Below, in pieces: positions 27,631-41,649 of a DNA stretch of 64,000 nucleotides. A model generated the notes under the pieces. The model did no database searches. It worked only from the letters and a program-made list of their open reading frames with translations, and was not told where the DNA came from. Position numbers and translations under genes: made by a program. The DNA comes from Octopus sinensis (taxonomy: Eukaryota): NCBI RefSeq assembly GCF_006345805.1, contig NC_043000.1:40238001-40302000 (forward strand), in the 5' to 3' direction. Numbering within the stretch: the stretch's first letter is position 1; each line of letters starts with the position of its first letter.

Positions 27631-28680
27631 AGTAGGCATCCGTCGATTTCGAGGGGATATGGATCTGTGCCCAAGGAAATCGTGTCAGCTGCTGATGGTG
27701 GTGGAGCGTCTTTTGTGGCTGTGGAAGCCCATATGGGAGTGGCAGTCATGCATACAGCGACTGCATTTGAAGGAGCTCTCTGTCGGCGCTACTGATTTTT
27801 CCTTCAGTCGAGTGTGCTTTTCTTTGGTGGCGAGTTCCTGTTTTTGTTCCGCTCTCTTCCGCAGTATTTGTCTCCAATGAGGACGAGCATTTGCAACCTC
27901 CTCCCATCTCAGGACGTCCAGATCAAGTGACTTCACATCCCTCTTACAGACGTCCTAGAAGCGAAGATGAGGTCGTTCTCGTACTCTTATGCTAGTGGCC
28001 AATTCCCCATACCGGAGGTCTTTTGGGATCCTTCCGTCCGGCATGCGATGTACATGACTGAGCTAGCGCAAACGAAGCTGCTGGAGCAGGATGAGTATGC
28101 TGGGTATCTAGGCTCAGTTGAGGACTTCGGTGTTGGTGATGTGGTCAGTCCACTTGATAACTAAGATGCGTCTTAATTTGCAAAAGTGAAAGACGTTGAG
28201 ACACCGCTCCTGTCTGGAGTAGAGGCTTCACATCTCACTGTCGTAAAGTAGCGTACTAAGTTTACACGCCTTAAAGACAACAATCTTACTGTTTGCAGTC
28301 ATGTTTCTTTTGTTTGTTTTTCTAGACTTTCTTTGTGAGCCTGGAAAATGTGGAGAATGCTTGACCGATTCGCCTGTTGATCTCAGGGTCCAGGGAAAAG
28401 TCATCGACGATGGTAGAGCCGAGATAGGTGAATTGGTGGACCATATCCAGCTTTTGTTGATGTCAATGAGAGTAGGGTGCTCGACACTTTGGCCTATTAC
28501 TTGGGGCTTCTTCAGACTGATAGTCAGACGGAATTCCTGACGAGCCTTTGAAAGTTTGTCCACGGGGTGCTGCATTTGCTCTTCAGAGTGCGCTGTCAGT
28601 GTTGCGTCGTCCGTGAACATCATTTCTCTGACGAGTACCTAGCACACCCTGGATTTTGTTTTCAAGCTCGACAGTCTAAA
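27631..28680 (-). mobile_element. RTE (BovB-like) LINE, 5'-truncated
   Basis: MMFTDDATL..TISLKK..LSTLLYDSE..CSRCMHDCHSHMGFHSHKRR; 3' end GGATGCCTACT. Confidence 0.88.
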
Positions 28681-28924
28681 TGATGCTACTAATCTTTACT
28701 CATATTTCACTACTATTATACGTTGCTTTTAAGTACGTGCTTGCTCATGCGTTTCATAATGCTAAGTGTCATGAGTAACAGATGTATATGTTAGTATTTG
28801 TGTTATGTTTTTAGTGAGGAGTGCAGTTTGGTAAATACTCATAACATGCTTCTCTGTAGTTATTTCACTATACTAGATTGTGACACTTACTATTACTGGG
28901 ACAGTTTTTTCGTTCGTTTATGCA

Positions 28925-28938
28925 CATCTATCTATCTA

Positions 28939-29015
<77 letters not shown>

Positions 29016-29042
29016 GTCTGTATGTCTGTCTCTGTCTGTCTT

Positions 29043-29101
<59 letters not shown>

Positions 29102-29128
29102 GTCTGTATGTCTGTCTCTGTCTGTCTT

Positions 29129-29189
<61 letters not shown>

Positions 29190-29245
29190 ATCTATCTAAC
29201 TGTCCGCTCGCCCGTTCGTCCGTCCGTTCACCTGTCTGTCTGTCC

Positions 29246-29300
<55 letters not shown>
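28925..29300. repeat. (TATC)n with a higher-order 68-bp duplication
   Basis: TGTCTGTATGTCTGTCTCTGTCTGTCTTTCTGTCTG occurs twice. Confidence 0.9.
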
Positions 29301-29303
<3 letters not shown>

Positions 29304-30120
29304 TTATTTCTCAAATGGTTAATTGGTACAGAGAGGAGGAGTAAGAGAGGGGTCAAAGTTGAAATATATATGTAGATTGGGGAGAAAAATTTGTTTCCAG
29401 TTTTTCAGTTGAGACCAATATCCGAACATGATATAAAAAGATGTAATGTTTTGATGTTGATAAGAAAAATATAGATTGGAAATAAAGGATATTGTATAAA
29501 TAATCCTGCTGTTTATGTATCTTTGCTGACAGAAGTGCAAGGCCTTATGGGTATGTTCTTAGATTATAAAAACTGTATGAGATAAATCACAGCTAGGAGT
29601 CGTATAAATAAACGGAGAGACGAAAGAGCTACTGAATATAATTAATGATAACATAGTAAGTGTGTGTGTGTAGGGAGTATACATGTATTCGTTTGTACGT
29701 TTGTGCGGTGGTGTAAATGTGTAAGTGAACTTATGGGTAGATGTTTATTACTTATATGCTTACACATTCACAAATACACATTCAGTTTACACACACTGAC
29801 ATGGTCATATGTATATGCATATGCAGCCCACATACACACGTACACGCATGTATGTATGTATGTATGTATGTATGTATGTATGTATGTATGTATGTATGTA
29901 TGTATGTATGTATCCTTGTATGTATATATATATATACATGTATATACATGTATATATATGTGTATATGTAAGTTTTATATGTGTATGCATATATAGATGT
30001 GTTTATGTATATATATATGTATATATATATGTATATATATATATATAATATATATATATATATACATATACATACATACATACATATATATATATATACA
30101 CATATACATACATACATACA

Positions 30121-30154
<34 letters not shown>

Positions 30155-30171
30155 CATACATACATACTATA

Positions 30172-30259
<88 letters not shown>

Positions 30260-30814
30260 TAGTGAGAGAGAGAGAGAGAGAGAATTATAAGTGTGTGTAT
30301 ACAGCAAATAGGAATAAGTTAAAAATCAGCTTCTGAGTAAAATACAAATTTAATTAAAAAGAATTTCAATTAATTTCTTTCTTTCCGTTTTCGCAAATTC
30401 TGAATCTCTGATCTTCAAAACATAAAAATCCGAATAGCCTTTTTTTCCCTTTCACTTAAAAAAGAAAAGAGGCATTGAAAATAAACAAAAAGAAGAAATT
30501 AGAAGGGCATGGGGCAGTTAAAATAAATACTCGCAAAAAATGTGTTAGTGCTGAGACGAAAACTAGTCAACTGTCAAACATAGACCGACACCCTAGTCAC
30601 ATCCTAATTGTATTTCTGCAGAATATGAATCCATGATTTGCTTTAATATTAGCATCTCTCTTCCCACTCTTGATGTCTTTAAGAAATGTATAAATATCAC
30701 ATGCTCTTATATTTGCCCTTCCTAGTCAGTTCTTGACAACCGACGGCCTCCCAAGGCGTTACATAATAAAGTTATGCTTAGTTATCTTTGTTGTTATTGT
30801 CGTTATTTAAACTA

Positions 30815-30943
<129 letters not shown>

Positions 30944-31043
30944 TATTATCATTATTATTGTTATTGTTATTGAAAGTGTTTTGTGTAGGATGTGTGCAGT
31001 GGCCTAATAGTGCTATTTTCTGTATGTTATATATACATGTTAG

Positions 31044-31478
31044 GTAGTGGGTGGCAATTTTCTTCACTACTTCAGGGAGTGACGACCCTGCCTGACACGA
31101 GTCCTGGGCCCAGCTGGCTCCGGCTGACAGTACCCGATATGGGCCCCTATCCAGAGTTACAGAAAGGAGACAACCTTCAAAGAAATCCGGAGTGGAGCCC
31201 TGTAGGTGATCTAGTGTTCGACTCAACACTCTTCCGGTAGCTCCTGCAACCAAGCTGGGGCCAAACGTAATGCTCTGCACTCCTTTGGACTACGTCAGCG
31301 AGGTCGAGAGAGGGATCCTGACGATTGGGCTACCCAGGATTTTCTTACATCTAGCCCAGGCCTGCGCAAAACTGGGGAGGAAACTGGAGAGGACATGAAA
31401 TGTGAAAACCAGACTGGATTAGTTTATGCGCAACTCCATTGTTTTCCGAGACGAAAGGATGCTAACAACAACAACAAC
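31044..31478 (+). mobile_element. Non-autonomous RTE-tailed short element nested in Dong, 15-bp TSD
   Basis: TSD ATATATACATGTTAG (31029-31043) / ATATATACTTGTTAG (31479-31493); 3' end CCATTGTTTTCCGAGACGAAAGGATGCT(AAC)n resembles the RTE 3' end at 27631. Confidence 0.8.
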
Positions 31479-33767
31479 ATATATACTTGTTAGTCCTGGT
31501 GTTTTTGTTATGTATTTATCTGAATATTTTTTATCATACTTAATGCGCCCATCATGATAAGAATTGCTTCTGTTTTTAGACACCACATTCGAGTTGTGTC
31601 TATTTTCAGGTCTTTGTATTTTGAAAGTTTCTCCATTTCTTTGAGAGAAACATTATCATATGTTGGTATTGATACATAGATTAGAAAGCATTTTCTTTCT
31701 TGATGTTCTCTGGCCTCAATATCTGGCCTGGAATATTCCTCTTCTAATGGGGATGGCTTTGGTTTTTCTGAGTCCCTCTTTTGTTTGGAGCTGTAACACT
31801 GTCTGGCATTTATTCATAGTGTGCCTTATGTAGCTTATGATTATTGGTGCTACCTTGTTCATGGCTAGTGTTTCTAGGACCCATGCGTGGGGAATGCTAT
31901 CAAAAGCCTTTCGGTAGTCGATCCAGGCCATACTTAGGCCTTTCTTTCTGCGGTTGTCTTCAGTTATGGCTTTATTGATCATTAGTTGATCTTTACAGCC
32001 GTATGAACCCTTGCAGCATCCATTCTGCTCTTCTGGAAACGGGTTGTTTTCTTCCAGATGCTTGCTCAATCTCTGCGATATTACTGCAGTAAAGGCTTTG
32101 TAAATTGTAGGGAGACTTATTGGTCTGTAATTCTGGGGTTTGCCGTTTCAGTAGATTTGGGAATTAGGATAGTTTTCCCTTTTGTGAGCCATTCAGGCAT
32201 TGTCACTGACTCTGCTAGTATGTCATTAAATTTTTCAGCCAAATTTTTGTGTGTTCCTGTCAGATATTTTAACCGGAAGTTCGGGATCTTATCGTGCCCA
32301 GGTGCCTTCCAGTTTCTTAGTTTTTGCAGTGCCTGAGTGAACTCTTTAGTTGTTATAGGAGTCTAGAGTTGTTCAGGTGCTAAGTTCGTTTTTTTGAAAG
32401 CCCTTTTCTGAGGTTGTTCCCTCGCCGACTATATTTCTTTCCAAAATTCTTCCACTTCTGTTGTTGGTGCTGCACTGATTTTATAAGACACTCTATGATA
32501 TTATTTATCTACAGGGTTTGTTTGGGTGGTGGTACTCCTGTTTGGATGGATTTGAGGGAGTATCCAGATTTTTTTGTGGCCACAGTGGCTGCTGCATATA
32601 TTATGTCATTTAGCTCGGTGATATTAACATTTGTTTCTGTGGTTATTAGTTCTGTGACGACCAGGTTCATACTATTTATTATTAATGTTATTTTATTATC
32701 TATTTTGGTTTTTGGGAGGTATAATTGGCGGTCCATACTGAGATCCGTGGCTTTCAGTTCTTTGACGATGCTCATTTTTAGAGTAACATAATCATTAGAT
32801 TCCCCTTCACTGTTTCCATGTTTTAGATGTGTTTCGCAATCCTTCCTGTTCATATGTTTGTCTGTGGTGTTCTGGTTGGGTGCTTTTTGCACATTATTAT
32901 CAATTCCTACGGTCTGAGTTTGTTGTCTTTTGTTGTTTACTTCGCTTTTGTTGGACACGTTATGTCTGTCTTAGTGTTTTACAGTTCCAGTGCTTATGAT
33001 CGCATTTGGCATTGTCGTGTGGCTACTATCTACATTTTCCTAATGCATTTTTCCTTTTTATTGTTCTATTTCTATTTCTGATATATTTTTTGTTTTGTTT
33101 TGAGAATATATCTTCATATGTTAGCTAGTTTATTAGGGTTCATTGCTGTATCCAAGTTTATATTTAAGTTATTTTTCTTCCAGATTTTATATGTATATGT
33201 TGTGGCGTTTTCCTTCTTTGGGTAGAGCGCTGCTGTAAAATAAGCGTATAGGATTGAAATATATTTGTCACGTGCCCATTTATGCTCTTTTAAAAATTTT
33301 ATTTACGAGACATGAGGAACAACGTCCGGCCCTTTATTTTGATGGTTATCATTTTCGTAGGGTACCTGTCGGTTCATTTCTTGTGTTAAATTGTTTAGCA
33401 CGTGTAGTTTTTCGTACTTTTTGAGTAACAAGTCTAAAGTACGTACTTCCCGATTGTTATTCTTGGGTTGAATAATACCGGTGTTATTTAATTCATTTGT
33501 ATTTTTTTTTTGTCCATGATGTTTGGGAACGGAGATGGTCCGGTGCTGATGGGCTCGTAATGTGTCGAGCGTGTTTACATGCGCTGTGCCCTGCAGTGGA
33601 GATATCCAGTTAAAATACATAATTTCATTTGGAAAATAGAAATACATTTCACTGAGTATTATTTACTCGGATATAGCCCAACCGTTTGTCAGCTATTTTT
33701 GGCTCCATGTGATGTCTTTATTCCCGATGTTTTTGGATAGATTTCGGAGCAGTGTTTTATCGCTCTC

Positions 33768-34010
33768 ACATGTTAAATGTCATCGGTGTCTTCCTCACAT
33801 GTTAAACGTCCCCGGTGTCTTCCTCAAATGTTAAACGTCCCCGGTGTCTTCTCACGTGTTAAACGTCCCCGGTGCCTTCTCACACGTTAAACCCCGGTGT
33901 CTTCTTCAAATGTTAAACGTCCCCGGTGTCTTCTCACGTGTTAAACGTCCCAGGTGTCTTCTTACATGTTAAACGTCCCCGGTGTCTTCTCACATGTTAA
34001 ACGTCCCTTG
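33768..34010. repeat. Minisatellite, about 8 x 28-29 bp (ATGTTAAACGTCCCCGGTGTCTTCTCAC), at the Dong 5' end
   Basis: Direct observation. Confidence 0.92.
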
Positions 34011-34018
34011 TGCCTTCC

Positions 34019-34111
<93 letters not shown>

Positions 34112-34385
34112 CCTAAGTATCCTAGCTTTTTGGTAAGTCTTGACTGATACATTTATGTCGATTGGGACAGTCATATCAATGAGGAAGCAAGATTTTTGTC
34201 TGAAGTCTTTCAATATAATGCATCTATCTTTCTGTCAGCTTGAATGGTAAACTTCCAGAGGAGTAAGATGTGATCATTTTCAAGCACTGGAGGTGCTTTG
34301 TGTTCCCACCAGTTTTTATTTTTGGGCAGGTCCAAGTTTTTGCAAATTACCCGCGAATATATTGTGCTGCTCTATCATGCCTGTT
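34112..34385 (-). mobile_element. Second R4/Dong REL-domain fragment
   Basis: NRHDRAAQY..ICK..WWEHK..VLENDH..LLWKFTIQADR..CFLIDMTVP. Confidence 0.8.
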
Positions 34386-34560
34386 GATTGTTGTTGGTGT
34401 TTTTGTTGACGACATATATAGATAGTGTCCACCCTCTGTTTAAGACGTAAGCGTTTGATGTAAAGAGATTCAGTCACTATTTCTAACTGGCGAAGAAAGG
34501 GTAACTGAATAGTAACTGGAAAATGCCACGAAGGACCACGTGGGAGTACAGAATGTTGTT

Positions 34561-34592
<32 letters not shown>

Positions 34593-34681
34593 TGTATGTA
34601 TGTATGTGTGGATGGATGGATGTATATATGTGAGTGTAGATATGTGTATGCTTACACACATGTGTACATAGTTTCTCTCTT

Positions 34682-34714
<33 letters not shown>

Positions 34715-34741
34715 ATACACACACACACACACACACATGCA

Positions 34742-34775
<34 letters not shown>

Positions 34776-36254
34776 CATACATACATTCATACATGCTATG
34801 TGAACATAAATATTCTTTCTGCAATATTGAAGCTGATATACGCAAAAAAAGACAGTTTTACGGATTCTTGCCCGACCTACAGAGAAGACGTACCCACTTC
34901 ACCTCTCCAATCAAGAGCATCGAAAAGCAAAATCATTCGTTTTGATTTTACTCTTCACTTAAATTTCTTTTTGTGTTGTGAATTCACCAAAATTTTAAGC
35001 CAAAACATGCCAAACGCCTCTTAGTGGACTCAAGGAAAAAGCGTGTGATTCAGAAACAAAATTAGAGATAAAAACCAAACTGAATGAAGAAAATCGGTTT
35101 CACCCCTTAAGCATAATTCCGATTTGATCTAGCAGACGCCCTCCACCACCCTAAAGGATATGTGCTGCGCTAGTCATGTTCCGAAGGCATCTGCATTTAT
35201 AAAATCTAGTCATCATCAAAAGAAGATATGGGTTAAATGAGGAAATGGAAACATTTTTAGTTACATAATTGGAGGACTAACTTAAAGAGAAGAATACCAC
35301 CCAGCCTTTTAACTAAACAGACTAAGGAAACAATTTGTGTGACGCACAGATAGAACGTGCCTACGATTCCATCAACACGAAGCACGTCACAGATAATTGA
35401 ATGTTTAAAAAAAGTGTCATTATTTCCACAAAGTAAAGGTCAGAGGCGAGGAAGGTAATGGAGAAGGTGCAGTTATATTTGTAAAAAGAGTTGCGTATTG
35501 TCATTGCTTGTAAGATATGTTTGCTAGAGCATATATTTAATTTTGATCATAACTGGCTTATTATAGAGGAAGAGTATATCTGAATACTCTTTAAGAGAGG
35601 AAAACCATGCCAGGTTTCAAGATATTTCAAGATTGTAAGACTTGACGTTTCATAGGGAAAATGTGGTTAAATTTCAATACATTTAATATATATATACAAT
35701 CTTTAAATGTTAAGCTTGCTCGTCAGGTTCAAATGAATCAGTGTTAAAAATAATATTTCAACATAACTTTTTTTTCCAACGTAAGCTGCATTAAGTTAAA
35801 GGTTGTGTATATATTAATGCAGATATGTAAGTAATTTATTACTCATAAAATATAATAAAATAAATTATCCGTACATGGTTATTAAGCTGTGAAACAATTG
35901 TCGTTAAATAAGAATTTCCAATGGTAAAATAAATTTTATCTTGGTATATTTCTCTCGTTTTTATAAATTTATAACACTCTTTATATTTTTCTTTCGTATC
36001 GTACTCCGTATTCTATGTTTTGTAGAATGATACATTAAAGAGCTTTTTCACGTGTACCACCGGATTAGCTGTATCCATATATTGTGACTTAAATTTATAT
36101 ATATATATAAACAATTTATAAGTAAGAGCAAAAGAAAAAAATTTCTAATGCCAAAATATGCCGAAAATAGACACAACGTCAATAACCATGTAATTTATCA
36201 CTACAAGCACGCGTCTCGAAGAAAGCCGACAGAAATTTCTAAACAATCCCGTTA

Positions 36255-36315
36255 TTACCATATCGGACCCGATTTCAGAGTTAGTTCATAAGAACCTTCC
36301 CTTCATCAGTGATAA
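36255..36315 (-). ncRNA. Type I hammerhead ribozyme, canonical core
   Basis: Reverse complement of 36792-36852 with one stem II substitution. Confidence 0.8.
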
Positions 36316-36791
36316 ATGCGGCCAAGAAATAAGTGAAATACTTACTTATACCCACGAATGAAGTGAACACTAAGTCATGAGCACAATTAAGTACCCCAAA
36401 TATATCCAAAATAGAAACTCTCTAGCCCATCTCGAGACACGTGCGATTCGAACTGAAAAACTCTCGTAAAGTGGGAGAGTCTTGAAGTGAACACTATTAA
36501 ATGAACATCTAATGTAGGATAAAATTTTTCGAAAGAAATTCTGTCAATGGCCAGCATATAAAAAATATCTTTAAAGGTTAAATTTATAAACAATTTATAA
36601 GTAAAGGCAAAAGAAAAAAATTCTAATGCCCAAATATACCGAAAATAGACACAACGTCAATAACCATGTAATTTATCACTACAACCACGCGTCTCGAAGA
36701 AAGCCGACAGAAATTTTAAAAAAATCCCGTTATTACTATATCGGATCCGATTTCAGAGTTAGTAAGTATTTCACTTATTTCTATGCCGCAT

Positions 36792-36852
36792 TTATCACTG
36801 ATGAAGGGGAGGTTCTTATGAACTAACTCTGAAATCGGGTCCGATATGGTAA
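36792..36852 (+). ncRNA. Type I hammerhead ribozyme, canonical core
   Basis: TTATCA-CTGATGA-AGGG..GTTC(TTAT)GAAC..CTCT-GAAA-TCGG(GT)CCGA-TA-TGGTAA. Confidence 0.82.
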
Positions 36853-37074
36853 TAACGGGATTTTTTAGAAATTTCTGTCGGCTTTCTTCGAGACGCATGC
36901 TTGTAGTGATAAATTACATGGTTATTGACGTTGTGCCTATTTTCGGCATATTTTGACATTAGAAATTTTTTCTTTTGGCCTTACTTATAAATTGTTTATA
37001 AATTTAACCTTTAAAGCTATTTTTTAATATGCTGGCTATTGACAGAATTTTTTTCGAAAAATTTTATCCTACAT

Positions 37075-37124
<50 letters not shown>

Positions 37125-37238
37125 TGTATGTATGTATATTGTATACGTATATATATATATTTAAATATATATGTATGCATGTATGCATGTATGTATGTAT
37201 GTATATATATATATTATATATATATATATATATAATAT

Positions 37239-37269
<31 letters not shown>

Positions 37270-37280
37270 ATATATGTATA

Positions 37281-37500
37281 TGAAGGAGAGGAGCTTTCTC
37301 CGTCCGGGTTGTGGATCCGTGGAACAAGCTGCCAGACGAGATGGTGATGATGCCGACGACCGCTTTGTTCAAAGCCTCCCTTGACCTCAAGTGGCCTGAA
37401 CTCTTTACATGAACACCACCCTGTACTTAACTCCATGTCCCCCTACATGGCCTTGCTATTTGCTTTTGAGCCAAATTAACTAATTAACTAACTAACTAAC
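37281..37500 (+). mobile_element. CR1-clade LINE 3' end
   Basis: RRGAFSVRVVDPWNKLPDEMV..FKASLD*; (ACTA)n tail. Confidence 0.85.
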
Positions 37501-37623
37501 ATATACATGTTTGCATGTATATGTATATGGTAACATACGTAGCATTCATATATATATATATATGTGTGTGTGTGTGTATATATATGTGTATATATATATA
37601 TATCTGTATATGTATATACATAC

Positions 37624-37669
<46 letters not shown>

Positions 37670-37854
37670 ACTTGAAAATGCTAATTACCTGTTCAAACCC
37701 CTTCGCCTGGGATTTCAATACATGTAACTGAAACTTTGCCACCAACAATTTTTTTCTTTTGTGTCACACGAACCCAATGATACTATTGACCCTCAACCCG
37801 GTGATTCTAACCTCTTTGTCATCTTGCTCCTCCAAGTGAAACAGTTCAACTCCT

Positions 37855-38723
37855 CCGTCACCTCTAAATGTTGTATATATTTAGTCTAATTAATATAAGT
37901 AGTTTTGCATGGACATCATTATCCTATGTGGTTTTTGTTCTTCTTTATTTAAAGATTTACTTTGCGAGAGAATTGACTTCTAACAATTTCGTTGGTTAGT
38001 GTCTGAAATAGATTTATGTAAAGGTATGGAGGTGTGGAATTCAACATTGTATAGATGAAAGTTGAAGGTTAATTTAGCCAGAAAGGAAAAATAAATATAT
38101 AAATAAATAGATAAATATAAATGAATTAAAATGTCGGTTTGCAGAAGAATCGGGAAAGATGTAGTGGAGGAATAAGAGGGAGGCAAGAAGAGGAAGTAGT
38201 TTGTTAGAAACTCAGTGAGGCGTCCAATTAAATACACCAACATCCAAATGCACTCTGTGATATAACAGGGAGGAAGGTGAATGGTAGTGATTGTGATGGA
38301 GGTGGGAATGGTAATGCCGGTCGTCGTCATCGTGGTGGTAGTTACCGCTTTGGTGCTGGTGATGATTGTGGTTATGATAGTGGTGGTGGTGGTGGGGTTG
38401 ATTGGTGCTTGGATTGATAGATGAGGCTTGTTGCTGAGTTTATTGGCAGAACGGAAGCCCCATCACGAACAAACGATTACGACTAGCGAACATGGAACGT
38501 GTAGGGCGTGTGACTTATCGTAACACTCAAATGTGTATGTATATAATGTGTGTGTGTGTGTTTGTTTGTTTATGTGTGTGTCTGCGTGTATGTGTGTGTG
38601 GTGTTCATATGAACTGGGGGAGACAGCTGACACACACAGAATTCTATAAACTTGCAATTACCACATACATGTTCATACATACACACACACATATATATAT
38701 TTACAACAGCTATGTTTGCGCGC

Positions 38724-38777
<54 letters not shown>

Positions 38778-39560
38778 GCGTGTGCGTATGTCAATAAAGA
38801 GAGAAGCACACAGAAATAGAAAGATAAATAGATGGAGCTATAAATAGATAGAAGAAAATAAGTAGCGGGGTCGATTCGTTCGACTAAACTTCTTCAAAGC
38901 GGGGCTCTAGCATGGCCGCAGTCTAATTACTGAAACAAGCAAAAGATTAAAAGATAAAAGATATAATAATTTAATTTAAGTTTTTCTTTGGGGAGTTCAA
39001 GGCGGTTGTTAAAGCGACAAGAGATTTTGAGTTCAGAGAATTGGCGGTGTTTGTAAATATGACGTTGGGTTGGTGAGTTGGTTGATCTGTCGATGTATGC
39101 CCCCCCCACAAGTGTGTACATCTTTTTACATAAGAATCTCAGATGACCAATTTTTGAAATGGCTTATGAATTTTCACTGTGCCACTTCAGAGAATCCGCG
39201 TCAGTTTCTTTTGCTCTTTTACCGTCACCTTTAAGCGTTGTATGTATTTAGTGAAATTAATATAAGTTGTTTTGCAAGCACAACATTATCATCCTATGTG
39301 TCTTTTTCTCTTTTGTTTTTTTTCAAGGATCTGTTTTGCAAAGGAATTGACAATTAACTATTTCGTTGGTTAGTGTCTGAAATAGATTTATGTGAAGGTA
39401 TGGAAGTGTGGAATTCAGTACTGTATAGATGGAAGTTGAAAGTTAATTTAGTACGCCCCCGTTCCCAAAATTAAAAAAAAATTAAATAAAATGTCAGTTT
39501 GCAGAAGAATCGGGGAATATATAGTGTAGGAGGAGGGAGGAAATATGAGGAAGTTGTTTG
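37855..39560. repeat. Two diverged copies of an approximately 340-bp unclassified repeat (37855-38200, 39222-39560); partial third copy near 40470-40555
   Basis: Shared CGTTGGTTAGTGTCTGAAATAGATTTATGT...GCAGAAGAATCGGG. Confidence 0.75.
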
Positions 39561-39599
39561 TGTAAATTTTTGGTGGAGAACGGAGGGATGATATATGTA

Positions 39600-40460
39600 T
39601 GTCATTATTCAGTTTTATTTCAAGATTTCTTGCCAATAGAGAAAGAGCCGGTTTCTAACCTAGATCCAAGGTTTCTTCATTGGAATTTCAACATCAAGAG
39701 GGTATTTTTGTATGTTTGTATGTATGTATGTATGTATGTATGTATGTATGTATGTATGTATGTATGTATGTATGTATGTATGTATGTCATTATTCAGTTT
39801 AGTTCAAGATTTCTTGCCAATAGAGAAAGAACCGGTTTCTAACCTAGATTCAAGGCTCCTTCATTGGAATTTCAACATCAACAACAAGGTATTTTTGTAT
39901 GTATGTATGTATGTATGTATGTATGTATGTATGTATGTATGTATGTATGTGCAGATTTGTATGTTTTGTGTATGTATTCTCATGCATATACTTGCATATC
40001 TTGACATGCTCATACATATTTAAATGATAACCATGTGGAAAGTTTTACAGATTTTTACAGTTCCATTGATGGATTGGATCTGTAGTTTTCGAATTAGCTT
40101 TCTCCTTTCTGGTTTTGAGAAGCCAACTTTTTCAAGATTGGTATTTAGACAGTGTGTTACATATCAATAATTACAGGTATAAACCCGAACTTGTAATCTG
40201 GTATGTCTGTATGTATGTCTGTATGTGTGTGTATGCGTATATGTATGAATATGTGCAGATTTGCATGTTTTATTTTATGTATTTTCATGGGTATAGTTGC
40301 ATATCTAGACCTGCTCATTTATACTTAAATGATAAACGTCTGGAAAGTTTTACAAATTTTTACAGCTTCAGTGATGGTTTGAATCTGTAGTCTTTGAATC
40401 AGGTTTCTGGTTTTGAGAAGGCCGATTTTTCAAGATTGGTATTTTAGGTAGTGTGTTAAA
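39600..40460. repeat. Locally duplicated repeat modules separated by (TATG)n
   Basis: 39600-39710 resembles 39785-39900; 39950-40160 resembles 40252-40460. Confidence 0.8.
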
Positions 40461-41163
40461 AATATAATGAAAAAATGTCGGTCTGCAGAAGAATCGAGGA
40501 AGATGTAGTGTAGAAGGAAGGAGGAAATAAGAGGAAGCAGTTCGCGCAAACTTTTGGTGTATGTATGTATGTATGTATGTATGTATGTATGTATGTATGT
40601 GTATGTATGTATGTACGTATGTGTACATATCACTGCATATTTTTCGCGTCTTCTTCCTAGAAAGTAGAGCCTCGGTTTTTAGCATTTCCTTGTAGTTCAT
40701 CTGTTGCACCGATTCAATCTTCTTGGATTACCACGAATTCCGCTCTGAGTTTGAAACATTGCGGCGACCACGCTTGCGCAACTACACATACAAACATACA
40801 GACAAGCATACATATATATACATCTGTGTGTGTGTGTGTGTGTGTGTATAGATACACATACATATATAAATATTTTTGTATGTATATTTGTATATGCATA
40901 CATAATTTACACACATACTTCGGCTAATATCATAGAGCTTTTAACCTACTTGAAAAAATGTATCGTTATGCAATATTTCAGATGCCAAGGAGCAAATGTG
41001 TGCTAATTAAGTTGATACATACATACATACATGCATACATACATATGTACATACGAACGTACATACATACATAAATACATACTTATATACATATATTCTC
41101 TTGTATGCACTCACATTAAATTTATATAATACATATATGTTATATATACACACACACACACAC

Positions 41164-41219
<56 letters not shown>

Positions 41220-41309
41220 ATATATGTATATACGTGTGTGTGTGTGTGCTTGTGTTACGTACACAAATGCACATACACATATATACTCATGCACTTATAC
41301 AAAATATGC

Positions 41310-41354
<45 letters not shown>

Positions 41355-41649
41355 TATATATAATATATATATATATATATTATATATATATGTACACATA
41401 TCTACATATATTGCATTGTAAATTTCATGTCCATCCACTTCAGTTTTTGAGTATACCTTTGATATTTCATGAAATGTGTGTTCCTAATGATTCATCATCT
41501 GCTTACATATCTTCGTCGTTCTCGCCCCTTTTAACAACAGCATTGAATTACAAATAGTTTTTCTCCGCTTTCTTTTTCACCTTCTTGAATTTCTCCCTTT
41601 ACCTTTAACGGCCTCCACATTAACAACAATAAAGGTTCACTAGTTCGCT

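Larger units (their letters stand above)
30971..34018 (-). mobile_element. R4/Dong-like non-LTR retrotransposon, both ends present, internally deleted, inserted in (TAA)n
   Basis: KGKTILIPK, EEQNGCCKGSYGCKDQL, WIDYRKAFDSIPH, RRGIFQ, then a jump to the REL domain CFLI.VSIP..EKLSKYKDL..IQKIALLG; (TTA)n on both flanks. Confidence 0.88.
36105..37075. mobile_element. Non-coding PLE/retrozyme-like cassette: two direct copies plus one inverted copy of a 250-310 bp repeat, in (TA)n
   Basis: Copy A 36105-36347, copy B 36511-36762, inverted copy C 36761-37075; hammerheads in A and C. Confidence 0.8.

Noticed and set aside
33768-34010. CRISPR-like regular repeat
   Set aside because: Units are contiguous with no unique spacers; eukaryotic LINE context
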